Part shown: positions 13,241 through 25,741 of the stretch, in pieces
Layout of the letters: every line of letters starts with the position of its first letter
Position numbering within the stretch: position 1 is the first letter of the stretch
Notes under the pieces: generated by a model
The model's database searches: none
What the model saw: the letters and a program-made list of their open reading frames with translations, nothing else
Told to the model about the DNA's origin: nothing
Made by a program: the position numbers and the translations under genes
NCBI GenBank assembly: GCA_013239625.1
Contig: MU053884.1
Span: forward strand, 124,001-188,000
Direction: 5' to 3'
From: Lama guanicoe
Lineage: Eukaryota
DNA: 64,000 bases

Positions 13241-14399
13241 ATTCCCTTTTCTGCTTCGTAGATAATTTTAGTAAGAAACATAGCAATTTTGTATTTTTGC
13301 TTTTTAATAAGCGATAAGTGGGCCAACTATATATTTGTGAGCAGGGATGCTGTGCGGGCAATGGGGTCACAGCAAACTTTTGTTGGGTGTGATCCAGCCT
13401 GCAACATGTCTGATGCGCCATGAGTGTTGGTGAGGGTCCCCCTAACCAGGGGCTCTCTTCAGGAACCAGCATATGGGCATTGACATCTGGAGACCTTATT
13501 TTTGACTGCTGGAATTTTTTTCAGGTACTGCAATTGAAAAATCACACCAGCTGGGGATGATTAGGGAAAAAAGGATAATGAAAAGGGTTTGGAGTAGAGT
13601 AGGAGAGAAGGACTTAAGATTACGGAGCCTGAGTGCTTGGCAGCAGGGCCTCGGGAGAGAGGGGAGCAGTGGAGGGGAGGAGCCTGGCTCCGGAACCAGC
13701 TCCTGCACCTGTCCCCGCACCCAAGCCACATAGCTTTTAATTGGCCTGGGCCACCTCTCTGGGCTGGATGTCACCCTGGGCAGAAACTTGAGAATCGAAG
13801 GTAAGGGGTGGGCAGCACTCACCTAGGGGGACACTGTGGATTTCGGTGAAGTCCACAGTGCCTTTTCTGGTCATGTGTCTTCACTTGATCTTTATCTAAG
13901 GATCTGAGGAGGAGGAGCAAGGAACTCAGAGAGAGATCCAGGAAGATACGCAACTGTGTAAAGAGATGACAAAGTGAACCGGGGAGAGAGGACTTTTGCA
14001 GCAAAGTAAAATGACCTCACAACAATTGCTTCAGAGCTGCAGGTGTGAGAGAGAATAAGCCTGTCTCGAAGTTCAGGGGACAAGCGGAAAGGAATGGCAA
14101 AATTTCCACTGACAATTGAAATTTTGTTAAATAGCCTGCTACTGTTGGTTGTACCACTTGAATGAATGCAGGCATATTTTTGTGGGCATTTATACATTCA
14201 CTCAACACCACCATCTCCTCGTGCCCCCAACGTGGATGGGCTTTCTCAAGCACAGTGCCCCACCTGCTTGGGTGGGCCATGCTGCGGGTCCTCGCCTGGG
14301 TCCGGGCTGCTGCAGGGCACTGAGTCCCCAAGGTGCGGCCTGTGATACACGACAGGAACATCTCTGCTCTTGACTGGGGGCCTCATTTTCTCCCTGCAG

Positions 14400-14523
14400 T
14401 GTAAGAATGATGGTAACTGAGTTAGAAGTATGCTTCCAACAAGCCCGTTTCCTCACCATCCAGAAGCGGGGCCTGGAAGTTTCCGAATTTCTTCAGAATG
14501 CGGTCTACATTCACCTTTGGCAG
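14400..14523 (+). pseudogene. TRAPPC9: TRAPPC9-derived exon (approx. human exon 7), frameshifted
   Basis: ttttctccctgcag acceptor and cag|gtgagt donor. [41 protein letters not shown] versus recalled [42 protein letters not shown]. Length 124 nt, 2 nt short of frame. Confidence 0.95.
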
Positions 14524-15329
14524 GTGAGTGTATGTCCTTTTATAAGTGGAGGAATTACTGCAGTTTTCCTGGAACTTACTCACCACTAGTCCATCTATTT
14601 TTCTGTGCTAGGACTCAGTATGGCCTGCTAAAAACTCTGCAGTCAGATCTTGAAACTCTGATGAAGAGGATTATTTATTTTATTTCTCTCTATGATAGCC
14701 TTTTACTTTCAAAATTCAGAATTTTTGGTTCTTCCAGGAATTTTTTGGGGGTTTGGAGAAACAAATGTGCTCTTACCATCTTTGGGACCTGTTGCATTTT
14801 GCTTCTCACCTGTCTTCTGCCACTTGTGAGGCGGTCCCATTTGTGACCCTGTCCAGGTTGTTCATGTTATAAAACTAAAAGTCGGTAAGAGTACAGTCCA
14901 TTTTACTCCAAAGACATTCCACAAATACTACTTAAATCTGGGTGTGGTTTTAAGAAGACAGAATAATTAGAATATGTTCTTGCAGGTTGCTAGTGCAAAA
15001 TCCCCTAATCAATAGTCTAGCTCAACATCTAAAATCTTTCTAATCTACCTTGGATTTGTATGGGTAAGTGATGCAGTTTGCTAAGAACCCAAGACCAGGG
15101 TCAGAATACAGGCTGGTGTAGATCAGCAGGTCCTCCTGAGCCAGTACTGTGTCAGAGGGCGGGGCTGAGGGTGAGAGGGCGGTGCTGAAGGGAGAGGGCA
15201 GGGCCTTGGGGAAAGGGGAGGGCCAAGGTGGACAGGGGTCCTGCCCTCCCTGAGCTGACAGTTTCATGGCAAACACCTTCACCAGGTGAAGAACTTGGAG
15301 TTTCTTCTAATAACAGTGGGTTTGAAAAG

Positions 15330-15740
15330 AGACTTAAAAGCACAGGAGTGACACAATCCCATTTGTCTGAAGTAGGGGAGAGCATCAGGGAGGTCACTTG
15401 GGAGACTCGTGAGTCCAGATGTGCAGTGTTGGTGGCTTCCACCTGAGCAGTGGGAGAGTCGGTGGGACAGTCACTGGCAAAAAGCTAACAGATTTTAGGC
15501 ATGTTTAGATAGTAAAAAGGAAAGTATGAATGATGTCTGTGAAGGTAGGATGGAGTAAGGCCCAGGTTTCTGGGTGGATTAATGAGGTAAATGATGGTCC
15601 TGCTGTGCTCTGAGGAGGGAAAGCTGCAGAGGGAGTTCTGGGGGATAACTGATGAGTTCAGCTGTGAGTAAAGTGAAAGGCTGTTAGATGTGTGGTCTTG
15701 GAGCTCAGGTGAGAGCCAGTAGCGAGTAGAGGGAGGGGGA
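15330..15740 (-). mobile_element. L2 fragment
   Basis: Antisense L2-like text (gatgagttcagctgtg...gatgtgtggtcttggagctcaggtgagag). Similar relics at ~44400-44700 and ~46600-47450. Confidence 0.55.
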
Positions 15741-17841
15741 AAGATTTTCAATTCATTTTGACTTTTGAACATATAAATAATTATGAGTAATGATATACTT
15801 ATACCTCTATATTCTGGATTTAAAACCCATTAACATTTTGCTATATTGACTGCAGAGGTTCCTAAAAATTTTTAATAGAAATAAAATAAATAGAAACAAA
15901 ATAATGGAGTTAATAAACATCTAAGAGTTGATGTGTGTCCTTGTATGTATTTTGAGACCTCATCTGTCTACAACATTAATCTATAAAAAGTTAACTGGTT
16001 TAGCATAAGAGTTAAACAGAGGGACGTGACACACAGTGTCGGGCCTTGAAGCTGATCTTCTCGGGCAAATTATGTAGCCTCTCTGTACCTTAGTTCCATC
16101 TTCTGTGATTGTCCCCAGGCCCCTCATCACAGGTGATTTCCTAGACAAGATGTTGGGTGGGAGGCTGCTGAAAGGAATAAGAAGTGGCAACTGCTAGGGA
16201 CACTGAAGAAAGAGACAAAAACAGATTAAAGCCGATAAACTCAGTACAAACAAATACCCTCAAAAGAGAAAGAATCCTGCAGTGTTTTGAGCCACTTAGA
16301 TTAAGGGAAACAAAATCACGTGGACCCAAAGCTCTTGAGCATATGAGTATTGTGGGTGGGAAGGTGTCATCAGAAAAGGGTTGAGAAAAGGTTTTTTGGT
16401 TTCCCTTGACATATCCAGTAAGGATGGGGAGTAGAAGTGAAAACCCCCCGCTTCACAGTGGAATCTGCAGTTTAGTGTGAAACTGACCAAACGTTGGAGA
16501 CCATTCATCAGCGGTGCTGGCAAATGAAGAGATTTCTGGTTTGGGTGGGGCACTTACTGTGACTTCCAGGTGACCTGCTGGCTGGGGGCTGTGAGGAGGG
16601 AAGCAGGTTTGCAGGGTGACCCGGGCATAATCCCTGGCTCTGAGGCTGCTGGTCTGACTATCAGACCTGGGCACCCGCAGTCCTAATGGGGCAGCTAGGG
16701 ATTTGGCCTGGGACACCTGAAATGCTGAGGGCGAGAGGAGTGCTTCCCTGAGGGGGTGTCCCTGTGGAGAGTGGAAACATCCTCCTGCAGGGGAGGAAGA
16801 GCCTCTGAGACGGTTGCCAGTTGCACAGGCAATACCAGCTTGAGAACGGAGGTTTTGGGGAGCCGGAAGTCATACAGTGGCCCTAGCAGCCTTGTTCCTG
16901 AGAAACTAGAGGAAGAAGAGGCTGAAAAGGCAGGCTAGGTTCAGACGCTGTGGTGAGTTATGAGTGACAGTAAAGGACTAGTCAGGCAGGCACGAGAGAA
17001 CCCTGTGGGCGTCCCAGCTGGGGCGTCACGCCGGAGGGAGGAGCAGAGTTATAGACTGTGCCACTTACTAGCTGTGTGACTTTGAGCAATATCACCCCAT
17101 CTCTCTCTATATATCTTCATCTGTAAAGTGACACAGTGACAAGATCGTGTCATCAGAAGGCTAAGTTTAGCTCTGATCCTCTGTGTCCAGTCCTGTCGGT
17201 GCTGCCCTGCAAGGTCCTGCACTGGCTGCTCTTACTCTGAGATGGGAGGTCATAGAGGGACATTGTAGCACCCGATGTCAGGAAGGGGTTGCTTTAAAAA
17301 CAGTCATGTAGTCGCCTGCAGCTGCAGACCTGCAGACAGGTTGGTTGATGGTTGTGGAGAGGACATTGGAGGACTTAGCATCGTCTTAAGACTTGTTTCC
17401 CTTGGGGACCAGAATTGCCTTTGCGGATTAATGTTGAAGATTTGGGCTTCTGGCAAAGCTGTTTTCAGGGATGGGCATATACGTAACATATCGTATAAAA
17501 TAAAATGCTTTTATTTAATGTGTGGGACTTTGCAGCTATTGGGAACAGCTCTGTTGGCCTGATCTCCACGGAGGACACTAGGGGTCAGCAGAGCGTGCAG
17601 GAGGGCAGGCATCCCCCTGTGCTTCTGTGGGGTGTTCTCCCCAGCAAGGCACTCTGGTGAGTTGACTCTTCTCTGAGTTTGGTTGCCAGATGAGCAGACA
17701 GCAAATTTATGATTTCTGGTGGGATTTTATAATGACAGGAAGAAAGAGGGACCCGTAGGTTTTTTGGACTAGAACACGCTTTTGGTTCCTGATCCAGTGT
17801 GTTCCATTACAGAATTGATGAGTTGTGTCTATTCTGGGACT

Positions 17842-18335
17842 TGTCAACTGAAATAAATATGCAGCCTGAAAGTTAAGAGTTATGCTTTTTTTGGCGGGAG
17901 GACTCGAGGAGTGATGACAGCCTTCAGATCTGTCTGAGGGGCTGCTTCCAAGAAGTAGGGGAGGAGCTAGAATTATATAGGAACTTCACAATAAAGACCA
18001 GGTGGTTGGAACTATAAAAGATTGCTTGTTATCTAAAGAAAAGCAGGCATCTCAAGTTCAAGAATTTAGTGCTTATCTATGTATGGGAGGAAGCAAACAT
18101 TTTTGCTCATTGAATTCATTCCTTTTACAAGCACCTAGCTATCTAAGGCCAGTATCCTGTCCTTTCTTATTTTTGGTCCCCTCAGAGGGCACCTTTGTGA
18201 GTGTCTGCAGAGGCTGGGCTGCAGGCATGTCCTCGGTGGGGGGTGGTGGCAGCTGCTGATGGCTTGGTTTCAGCATTCTTTGTTTACTGACATGGTTGCA
18301 GTATTTTCATTCACATTGTAGAATATTCGTTCACA
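17842..18335 (-). mobile_element. MER41-like ERV1 solo LTR
   Basis: tgtcaact...ttcaca ends with perfect 4-bp TSD gact. Internal text (aagaatttagtgcttatctatgtatgggaggaagcaa, gcacctagctatctaaggccagtatcctg) resembles artiodactyl MER41-type LTRs as recalled. Confidence 0.8.
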
Positions 18336-20137
18336 GACTGATTATGGATTATCTGGAACTTTGGAAAGGAACCGAGGTGGAATTACTGCAGATACCTTCT
18401 ACTTTAATAAGCCATGTACAAACATAAACACGGATTAAGCATACATTTTGATTTGGTGGTGTAGGGAAGGGATTCTGCACATTACAGGAGAAGGCAAGGC
18501 AGAATTCCTCTACTTCATAGGCAGGGACGTGAGTCCACCTGTCTTTTCTGTAGCAGTTTCTGAAAGCAGGTTATGGTAATTAACCAACAGTGACAAACAG
18601 TGGCACATATTGCATTTAAGAGCTGGACAGCTACAAACTTGTGTATTGGAGAGGTGGATAGGAGAGAGATGGAGCCTAGGCCTGGGCCCAGATTCAGGCT
18701 TAAATCGCCATTTCCTCACCATAGGGCCTTAGACTAGAATGTAATCTCCCTTAAACCGTTAGTGAATCTGTGAAGTGGGCATGACAATATTGGTTTCTTC
18801 CTGGGTGCGTTGTAAGTTGTAAAGAGTATTATAACACACATGAAGCACTTAACATGCTGGCTCTTAGCAGTATTCACTGTGGGTGGCCGCCCTGCTTAGT
18901 GTATGTCAGAGCCATAAAGGCAGCATGTGTCTGTAGAGGATGCACTGGTAGCCCCTGGTCTGGTTGTGAATTTGGTGATTTCCTCTAATCCTTGTAACTT
19001 TCTGTACCATGGGCACTTATTTTCATGGACAGATGAGGAATCCCAGGGTAAAGAAGACTGTGTAATTTGCCCAAAGCCAGACGATAATTTTGGGTGCAGG
19101 GGCTTCGGTTCAGCATGGGCCCCTGGGATTTCCATCTCCCTATTCAGCCCCAGAGCCTGACATGGGGTCGGATCTCTCCCAGCCCAGAATATCCAGCAGG
19201 CAGCAAGACACTCCTGGTCCTGTGCAGCTTGAGCAACAACTCCGGAGGAGAGGCAGGTTCTAAACTGATAAACATAAAAAGAGACGCCTGCAAACTGTGA
19301 TCAGCTCTGAGAAAGAAAGGAACACGTCTCGCCCTACAGAGTTGGGAGCTCTCCCGTTGGGGCTCCTGTGGGGGCGTTCATCTCAGCTAAGCAAGCTCTG
19401 CTGCTGCACCAAGGCAGGAAGGCAGGGCACGTGTGGCCAGCTAGGCAGGGCCTTGTTAATTATACTCATTCCCCATTAAGTGGCAGCTGTCACGGGCACT
19501 TACCTAGTAAACAGATGTCGGCCTTAGTCATCACGCACTTTGCTTGGTAGTTTTATTGGCCCCATCTTTGAGATGAGGTAATTGAAGCTGGGGAGTTTGC
19601 TGCATGCCCGTGATTACCTTGGAAAGACCCCCACTGGTGTTTTAACCTAGACTGGTGTGGCTGTCATGTTCCAGCAATGTGAATGGCATCGTGTAGCTTC
19701 TCCCAAGTGGTCCAAATGACTGACATTGATTTCCTTAATTCATAGGAAATGGTATGTGAAAGTAAGAGAAAAAGGTAGTGAGAAATTGTTTGGAAAACAA
19801 GAAAAACATCCAAAACTTCCCCAGCTGGGGGAGCGTACCCAGTGTCACCCACCCCACACACAGCCTGGCACCTCCTCCCTGCTGACTCCGTGTTCAGAAG
19901 GCACTCTGAGCCTGTGAAGAACATCTTGCCTCATGACACTGTTGACTAGGACCTGCTATCTCTCTGTTCCTGGTTAACACTCTCTTCAAAGCCATTTAAA
20001 TTTTATGCAGGTTCCTCCACTCAGATGTAAGAATAGCCTCTTAAACTTCTTGATGCAACTCCTTAATGAAGATCTTGCAAAGGAAAACTAGCCAAAATCT
20101 GGGAGGTATACATATAGTGACTGTAACCTCAGCACTT

Positions 20138-20597
20138 TGTCAGGTTCAGAATCAGAGGTGTGGGAGTCTCAGGAAAGGCTTTTCTATGGTAGAAAGGAGA
20201 AAGTGAAAGGACGCAGACTGTGTGAGACTGAAACATCTGGGTCCCAGCCAGCTAGGAACCTGCATTCAGGATGGTGTGTGGGGAGTGCAGAGTTCTCACA
20301 AAGAAAGAATTGGTGGGATGGGAGGGAGGACAGTTAGGTTCTTTACTGGAGAAGGAAAAAGTTGGCTGCACATTTCCTGGTTGAACAAGAGGACTGTGAT
20401 ATGATGTGCTTGTACTTTTGAGAGAAGGGTTTTATGGGGACAGGCCTAGGGAGAACGCTCTCTGGCTGGGGAGTCAGCACAACAGGGAGCACAGAGAACC
20501 TGGCAGACCACAGGGCCCCTGCTGGGGGAGGGGCTGTCCGCCAATTTGAGCCCTGGTGGCTGCTTCTGTCCCTTAGCTGGGGCCTCAGATCTCCCTT
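20138..20597 (-). mobile_element. Putative older LTR fragment truncated at the provirus boundary
   Basis: Starts tgtcagg, has an antisense TATA-like gggttttatgggg and a G-rich U3-like tract. Ends abruptly at 20597 and is not resumed after 26255. Family not recognised. Confidence 0.4.
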
Positions 20598-21111
20598 TGT
20601 TACGGAAATGACAGGCCAGCCAAGAAACAAGCACCACTCGGAGGGTTGCAGTACTCATATTTATTATGCCGGCGGGCTCAGAGGGGCTTCTGCTCAGAAG
20701 CTCTGAGCATCTCCAAGACGTGCACATGAGGTTTTATAGGGTTAATTACAAGTATGGGGCTATTAGCCAATGAGGTTCAAACAACAAAAAGCAAGGAATC
20801 AGTACACTGGAGCTTATCAATTTGGAACAGATTACGTTACTGACACTTGTTGAGCTTGGATTTATGAGTTAGCTTGTTAGCCCAGTAAACTGACACTAAA
20901 CTTTAGATTTACAATTTAGCCCGGCAGAACTTATATCAGTAAACCGACACTTATCACACTTAGATTTGTGACTGAGCTCGTTAGCCCAATAGACTGACAC
21001 TAAACTTCAGATTTATGAGTTAGCCCAGCAGAACTCAGATCAGTAATCCGACACTTGTTGCACTTAGATTTGTGACTTAGCTTGTTAGCCCAGCTGGGCT
21101 TTTCCTTCACA
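20598..21111 (-). mobile_element. 3' LTR of provirus
   Basis: tgttacgg...cttcaca. Adjacent to the antisense PPT. Minus-strand TATAAAA (ttttata) and intact AATAAA (tttatt). Two tandem ~104-bp U3 units. Confidence 0.97.
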
Positions 21112-21595
21112 TTCCCCCCTCTTGATGCTTTCACAACCCTTGTTGGAGTAAGCATCATCATTCACCTGTTGCAGAGGCTCATATTTGGAGGCTAAATTCT
21201 GAAGTTTTATAGCCTCTATCCGCTCACTGACAAAGCAGGTCAGGAAGTTTAGGACACAGGGCCCAAACAGCAGAACTGCAAAAATCAGGATTAAGGGACC
21301 TATGAACGGTGCCAGCCAGGAGGTCCAGCCCCAGGGGCCTGTCCATGGACTCTTATCTAAAATATGTTTTCTCTTTTCTACTCGGTCTTGTAACTCTTGA
21401 ACCATCCCTCTGACAATTCCTGATTGATTGGCATAAAACAACACTCTTCATTTAGGAAGAGGCATAGTCCCCCCTCTTTGGCCATGAGTAAGTCCAGACC
21501 CCTCCTGTTTTGTAAGACCACCTCGGCGAGAGAGTCAATCTGATTTTGCAGAGTTTTCAGGGTTTTTGCTATTTGTTGGAGATCGTGGCTGAATT
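21085..21595 (-). pseudogene. env: env TM remnant (SU deleted)
   Basis: [52 protein letters not shown] (immunosuppressive domain and CX6CC), a frameshift, then FYANQSGIV and the transmembrane helix LAPFIGPLILIFAVLLFGPCVL. Confidence 0.93.
21112..21124 (-). other. Polypurine tract
   Basis: ttcccccctcttg reads caagaggggggaa on the minus strand, immediately before the 3' LTR. Confidence 0.9.
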
Positions 21596-21623
21596 TACAT
21601 TTAACAGCTGCTTTGAGCTTTCC

Positions 21624-24105
21624 TCAAGCTTCGGCCCGTTCGTTGACTAGCCAGCTTCCAGGTGTGGCTAGAGCAGGGCTCGTCGATCTTTTTTGGTCCC
21701 TCTTGATCTTGATCTTGAGTGGGCTTCCAGGGACACTCTCAATTTTCCAGGGACCCTCCATCTGAGGTGCAGTTGCTCTCTTGATCCTGGAGTGGTGGAC
21801 CCAAGGAATGATTTTTGCAACTTTAACAGCTGTAGGAGTAGTTAATACCTCTAAATATGGTCCCTTTTATGTTGGTTTGAGAGGTTTTTTTTTCAATCCT
21901 TTACCCATACCTGGTCACCTGGTTTATGGGGATGTACTTGAACCCCTAATGAAATGGTTTTTTTTCTATTACCCAAACCCAAACTTTTTGTAGTACTTTT
22001 TCTAGTCCCAACATTTGTTGGTGGAGCCCTAAATTTTTTATTTTTGGGGTGGGGTTTCTCATTCTGACTAAAGGTGGCGGTCACCCATAGAAGATTTCAA
22101 AGGGAGAGTACCCAATATTAAATTTTGGGGTGCATCTAATTCGTAACAGAGCCAGGGGTTGAATATCCACCCAGGGGAGCTGGGTTTCTTGGCTGATTTT
22201 AGCTATAATTTGTTTTAGAGTTCTGTTTATTTGTTTTAGTTTCACTGAGCTTTGAGGCCGCTATGCTGTGTGCAGGTTCCAGCTGATGATGCTCAGTGTC
22301 TTTACCACTTGCTGTACAATTTCTGACACAAAGGCGGGTCCATTGTCAGACCTGATGGAGGTAGGCATTCCAAATCGAGGGATAACACCCCTGAGAAGAG
22401 CCTTTGTCACTTTCCTTGCTTTCTCTGTCCTGGTGGGCTAGGCCTTTACCCACCCTATGAAGGTGCAGACGAAAACCAGCAGGTACTTATATTCCTTACT
22501 GGGCCCAACTTTAGTAAAGTCCACTTCTAAATGTTTAAAGGGAGACAATCCACATCATTGTATTCCCATTGACCCAGTGAGCCCTTGTTTTGGATTGTTT
22601 TGTGCACAGAGCAAGCAGCGTTGGGAAACTGATGCACATAGAGTAGGGAGATGAGAAATTAGGAAATACCGCTTTAAGAGGGCCTCCAAAGCTGTTTTTC
22701 CCATATGTGTGGCTTCGTGCTGTTCTTGGACTAAACGATAAGCTAGACGTTCTGGGTTGAAAACCCTTTCATCTGTCATGATTTACCATCCGTCCTTTCT
22801 TTTTTCTCCTCGTTCAGCCTGTGCCCACTTGTTTTTGTCGTGACTATATTCTGGGGCAGTGGGTAGCTCTGGCGCTGCCATAACTTTAATTACTGAGTAT
22901 TTCCAGGCGGCTGCTTCTCTTGCCTTTTGATCAGCTAGCCTGTTCCCCTGGCTCACAGGGTCATTTTCTCTTTGATGTCTCTTACAGTGAATAACGGCCA
23001 CTTCCTTTGGATCCCATACTGCCTCCAGTAACTGTAAAATTTTTTCTTTGTTTTTGATTTCTTTTTCCCCAGCGGTCAAAAGTCCTCTCTCCTTATAGAT
23101 GGCTCCATGTACATACAAGTTTGCAAATGCATATTTGGAATCAGTGTATATATTGACTCATTTTCCTTTCCCTTCCCTTAGTGCCTGGACCAGTGCCCAG
23201 ATCTCTGCTCACTGAGCAGATCATCCTGGGGGAAGGGACTCTGTCTTTATTACCTCTTGGGTTGTTGTTACAGCATAACCTGCTCACCATTGTCCATCCT
23301 GTATGTAACTGCTGCCGTCTGTGAAAAGTTCCAGGTCTGGGTTTTGCAGGAGCTTGTCGGTTAGATCAGGTCTGCTTGCATACAACTCTTCAATGATTTC
23401 TTCGCAGTTGTGGTCAGGCTGTCCTTCCCCCTCAGGCAAATATGTGGCTGGGTTTAAGGTTCGCACAGTCTCTAGACGGACTCTTGGATTTTCACATAGA
23501 AGCCCCTGGTAGTGGGTCATCCTTGTGTTAGTTATCCATTTGTAACCTGGGCCGTTCATCAGGGACACCACAGAATGCGGCACTTTTAAATATAAAGTCT
23601 GTCCCAGTGTGAGTTTGTCTGCCTCATTGACCAGGAGGGCTGTGGCAGCGAGGGCCCGTAAACAGGGTGGCCAACCTGATGCTACAGGGTCCAGTCTTTT
23701 AGATAAATAGGCCACAGGGCGCTGCCATGGCCCCACATTCTGAGTTAGGACTCCAAGAGCAGTTTGGTCTCTTTTATGTACAAACAGATTAAACTCTTGT
23801 GTTACATCTGGTAAGCCTAGTGCTGGGGGTTGGGTTAGTAGTTTTTTTAATTGCCTAAAGGCATTTTCTTGTTTTGTTTTCCCATTTGAGGGTTTCTTTT
23901 CCTGATCCAGCAGTTGCTTCATAGAGGGTCTTGGCTGTTTTTGAAAACCCGGGGATCCAGATCCGGCAAAATCCAGCTGCGCCCAGGAACTCTCGCAGTT
24001 TTCTTTTTGTTTCCGGTCTGGGTATGGTGCAAATAACTTGTTTTCGTTCTGGTCCTAGGGCTCGGTGCCCCTCTGAGATAATAAATCCCAAGTGTTTGAC
24101 TGTCT
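21624..24105 (-). pseudogene. pol: pol remnant: RT thumb/connection, RNase H, integrase
   Basis: LREFLGAAGFCRIWIPGF, RPVAYLSKRLDPVASGWPPCLRALAA, LFTDGSS, VHGAIYKERGLL, HEATH...C..C zinc finger, GYSPFEIFYG and GPY module. Several stops and frameshifts. Confidence 0.95.
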
Positions 24106-24454
24106 TTTTGGCCTGGACCGGCTGAGCTGCTAATATCTTGCATTGTTCATGTCCATTTGAGCAAAACCAAATCCATGGGGGTAGAGTCTGGGCGATATTT
24201 AGCAAGGAGTCAATGTAAGGGAATTGATCTGGGTGGCCTGGGGTTCCAGTGATTATTTGATAGACTGTTCACACTGTTGCTAGGTCCAGAGTTTCTCCTG
24301 AGGGCCACCCGACTCCAAAGGCCGGCCATTTAAGCTCACATAAAGTGCGGAGCCTGCCAGAGGTCATTCGAATTTTACAGTTTCCTGAGAACCCTTTTTT
24401 GAAATTTTTGATCATGTAGTCTAGAGTGGTGGGTTTTGACTTAGAGCCTCCCTT
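24106..24454 (-). pseudogene. gag: gag matrix (MA) remnant
   Basis: GGSKSKPTTLDYMIKNFKKGF...LCELKWPAFGVGWPSGETLDL...GHPDQFPYID, gamma-type MA motifs. Initiator position reads AAG and there is one internal TGA. Confidence 0.9.
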
Positions 24455-25719
24455 TTTTTTAGATATTTAAGGATAATAGTCCTGTTGCTTTAGATGTTTG
24501 GGAAGGTAGCCTTTATATCTTTTTCTTCTTCACTCTTCAAAACACCAGAGTTCCCAGAGAGACTGCTCTCTTGCTGGGTCTATGAGTTATTTTAAGGCTA
24601 ACTTGGTCAGGGACTCTGGGTTCCAGTCACAGCTGATGTCTCTGGATCTCAAGGCCTCAAGCAGTTCCAGGGACTTTCTTCATAAAATCTTCTCTATATC
24701 CTGAACTAACGTATCAGGGGCGTGGGACTGACGGCAGATGGTAAAACAAATGGACAAGAAAAGGGACCTCTGAGGCCAGGTGAGCCCAGGCCTGAAGGAA
24801 TTTGTCTTCTAAACTTGAGTCCTGGGGGTCTGAGGGTAGGCAAAAGGGGCACTACTTGGGTCAGTTCAGTAGGGAACACTAAGTCTCGGGTGTTCTGTGA
24901 CAGAGTCAGGTAGGAGACTTTCTCAAAGAAATAGCATCCTAGCCTCCGAGCGCACAGGGGCATTGACTCATTGGTTGTCTATGTCCTTTTCTCTCCCAGT
25001 GTAGCCACCCTGTGCCGGTGTCGCAGACAAGACAAGGGAGGGTTTTTGTTGCGTCCGCCTGGCCGCTCCCCTCGCGGGGACGAAGGTGCCTCTTAGCTTT
25101 GGAGGGTCAGTATAAGCCGCTGACTCCGATCGGGACCCTGAGGGACTGATACCGCCCTGAGCCGTATGAGGTCACCACGGAACCGCAGGTTGGGACTCAC
25201 TCGAACTCCGTAGCACAATGTCGTGGAGCTACAAACTTGAGCCTGATCGCATGCTTCACAGGCCGCACCGCTCATTCCACACACACACACACACACAGAG
25301 AGGTTAATAACATTTTTCCCACCAATACAAATATCCTGTTTCCTGAAGGAGGGGATCAGTCTCCTCTTCTGTCCACTGGGACAGGACCTGATTTCTGAAC
25401 TGATTCCTGATTTTCCCGTCTGAAATACCATCAGACGGAGAGCCTGTAGGAGGGGATCAGCCTCCTCTTCTGTCCAATGGGACAGGACCTGTTTCCTCCT
25501 GGGGGATCCTAACTTGTCCGGACGGCCACCTGTTGAGTCTGTCCGTCCCTCCACGGAGTCTGGCTCTGGTTGTAGCCCAGCCACCCGGGGGGCCGAGTTG
25601 CCGTCACAAAAGAGAACCAGGAATAACGTCGGGCAGCGCCACCTCGTTCGCTGTCGGAGTCCCATCCCCCGGTCGGCCGGAGCCACCAGTCCAGCAGCTC
25701 AAGGGGCCGGCGTGGTTGT

Positions 25720-25737
25720 ATCTCGCTGGGGCCTCCA
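25720..25737 (-). other. Primer-binding site, tRNA-Thr
   Basis: Minus strand TGGAGGCCCCAGCGAGAT, 4 nt after the 5' LTR. Complementary to the recalled mammalian tRNA-Thr(UGU) 3' end ATCTCGCTGGGGCCTCCA. Confidence 0.88.
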
Positions 25738-25741
25738 GAAA

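Noticed and set aside
20869..21093. Repeat-spacer-like pattern suggesting a CRISPR array
   Set aside because: Mammalian DNA; these are tandem U3 units inside LTRs with no unique spacers.
21085..21595. env remnant as a possible syncytin-like or immunosuppressive captured gene
   Set aside because: SU, signal peptide and fusion peptide are absent, and a frameshift follows CX6CC.
23284..23922. 212-aa pol ORF as a functional protein
   Set aside because: Fragment bounded by frameshift and stop; RT catalytic core deleted and integrase inactivated.
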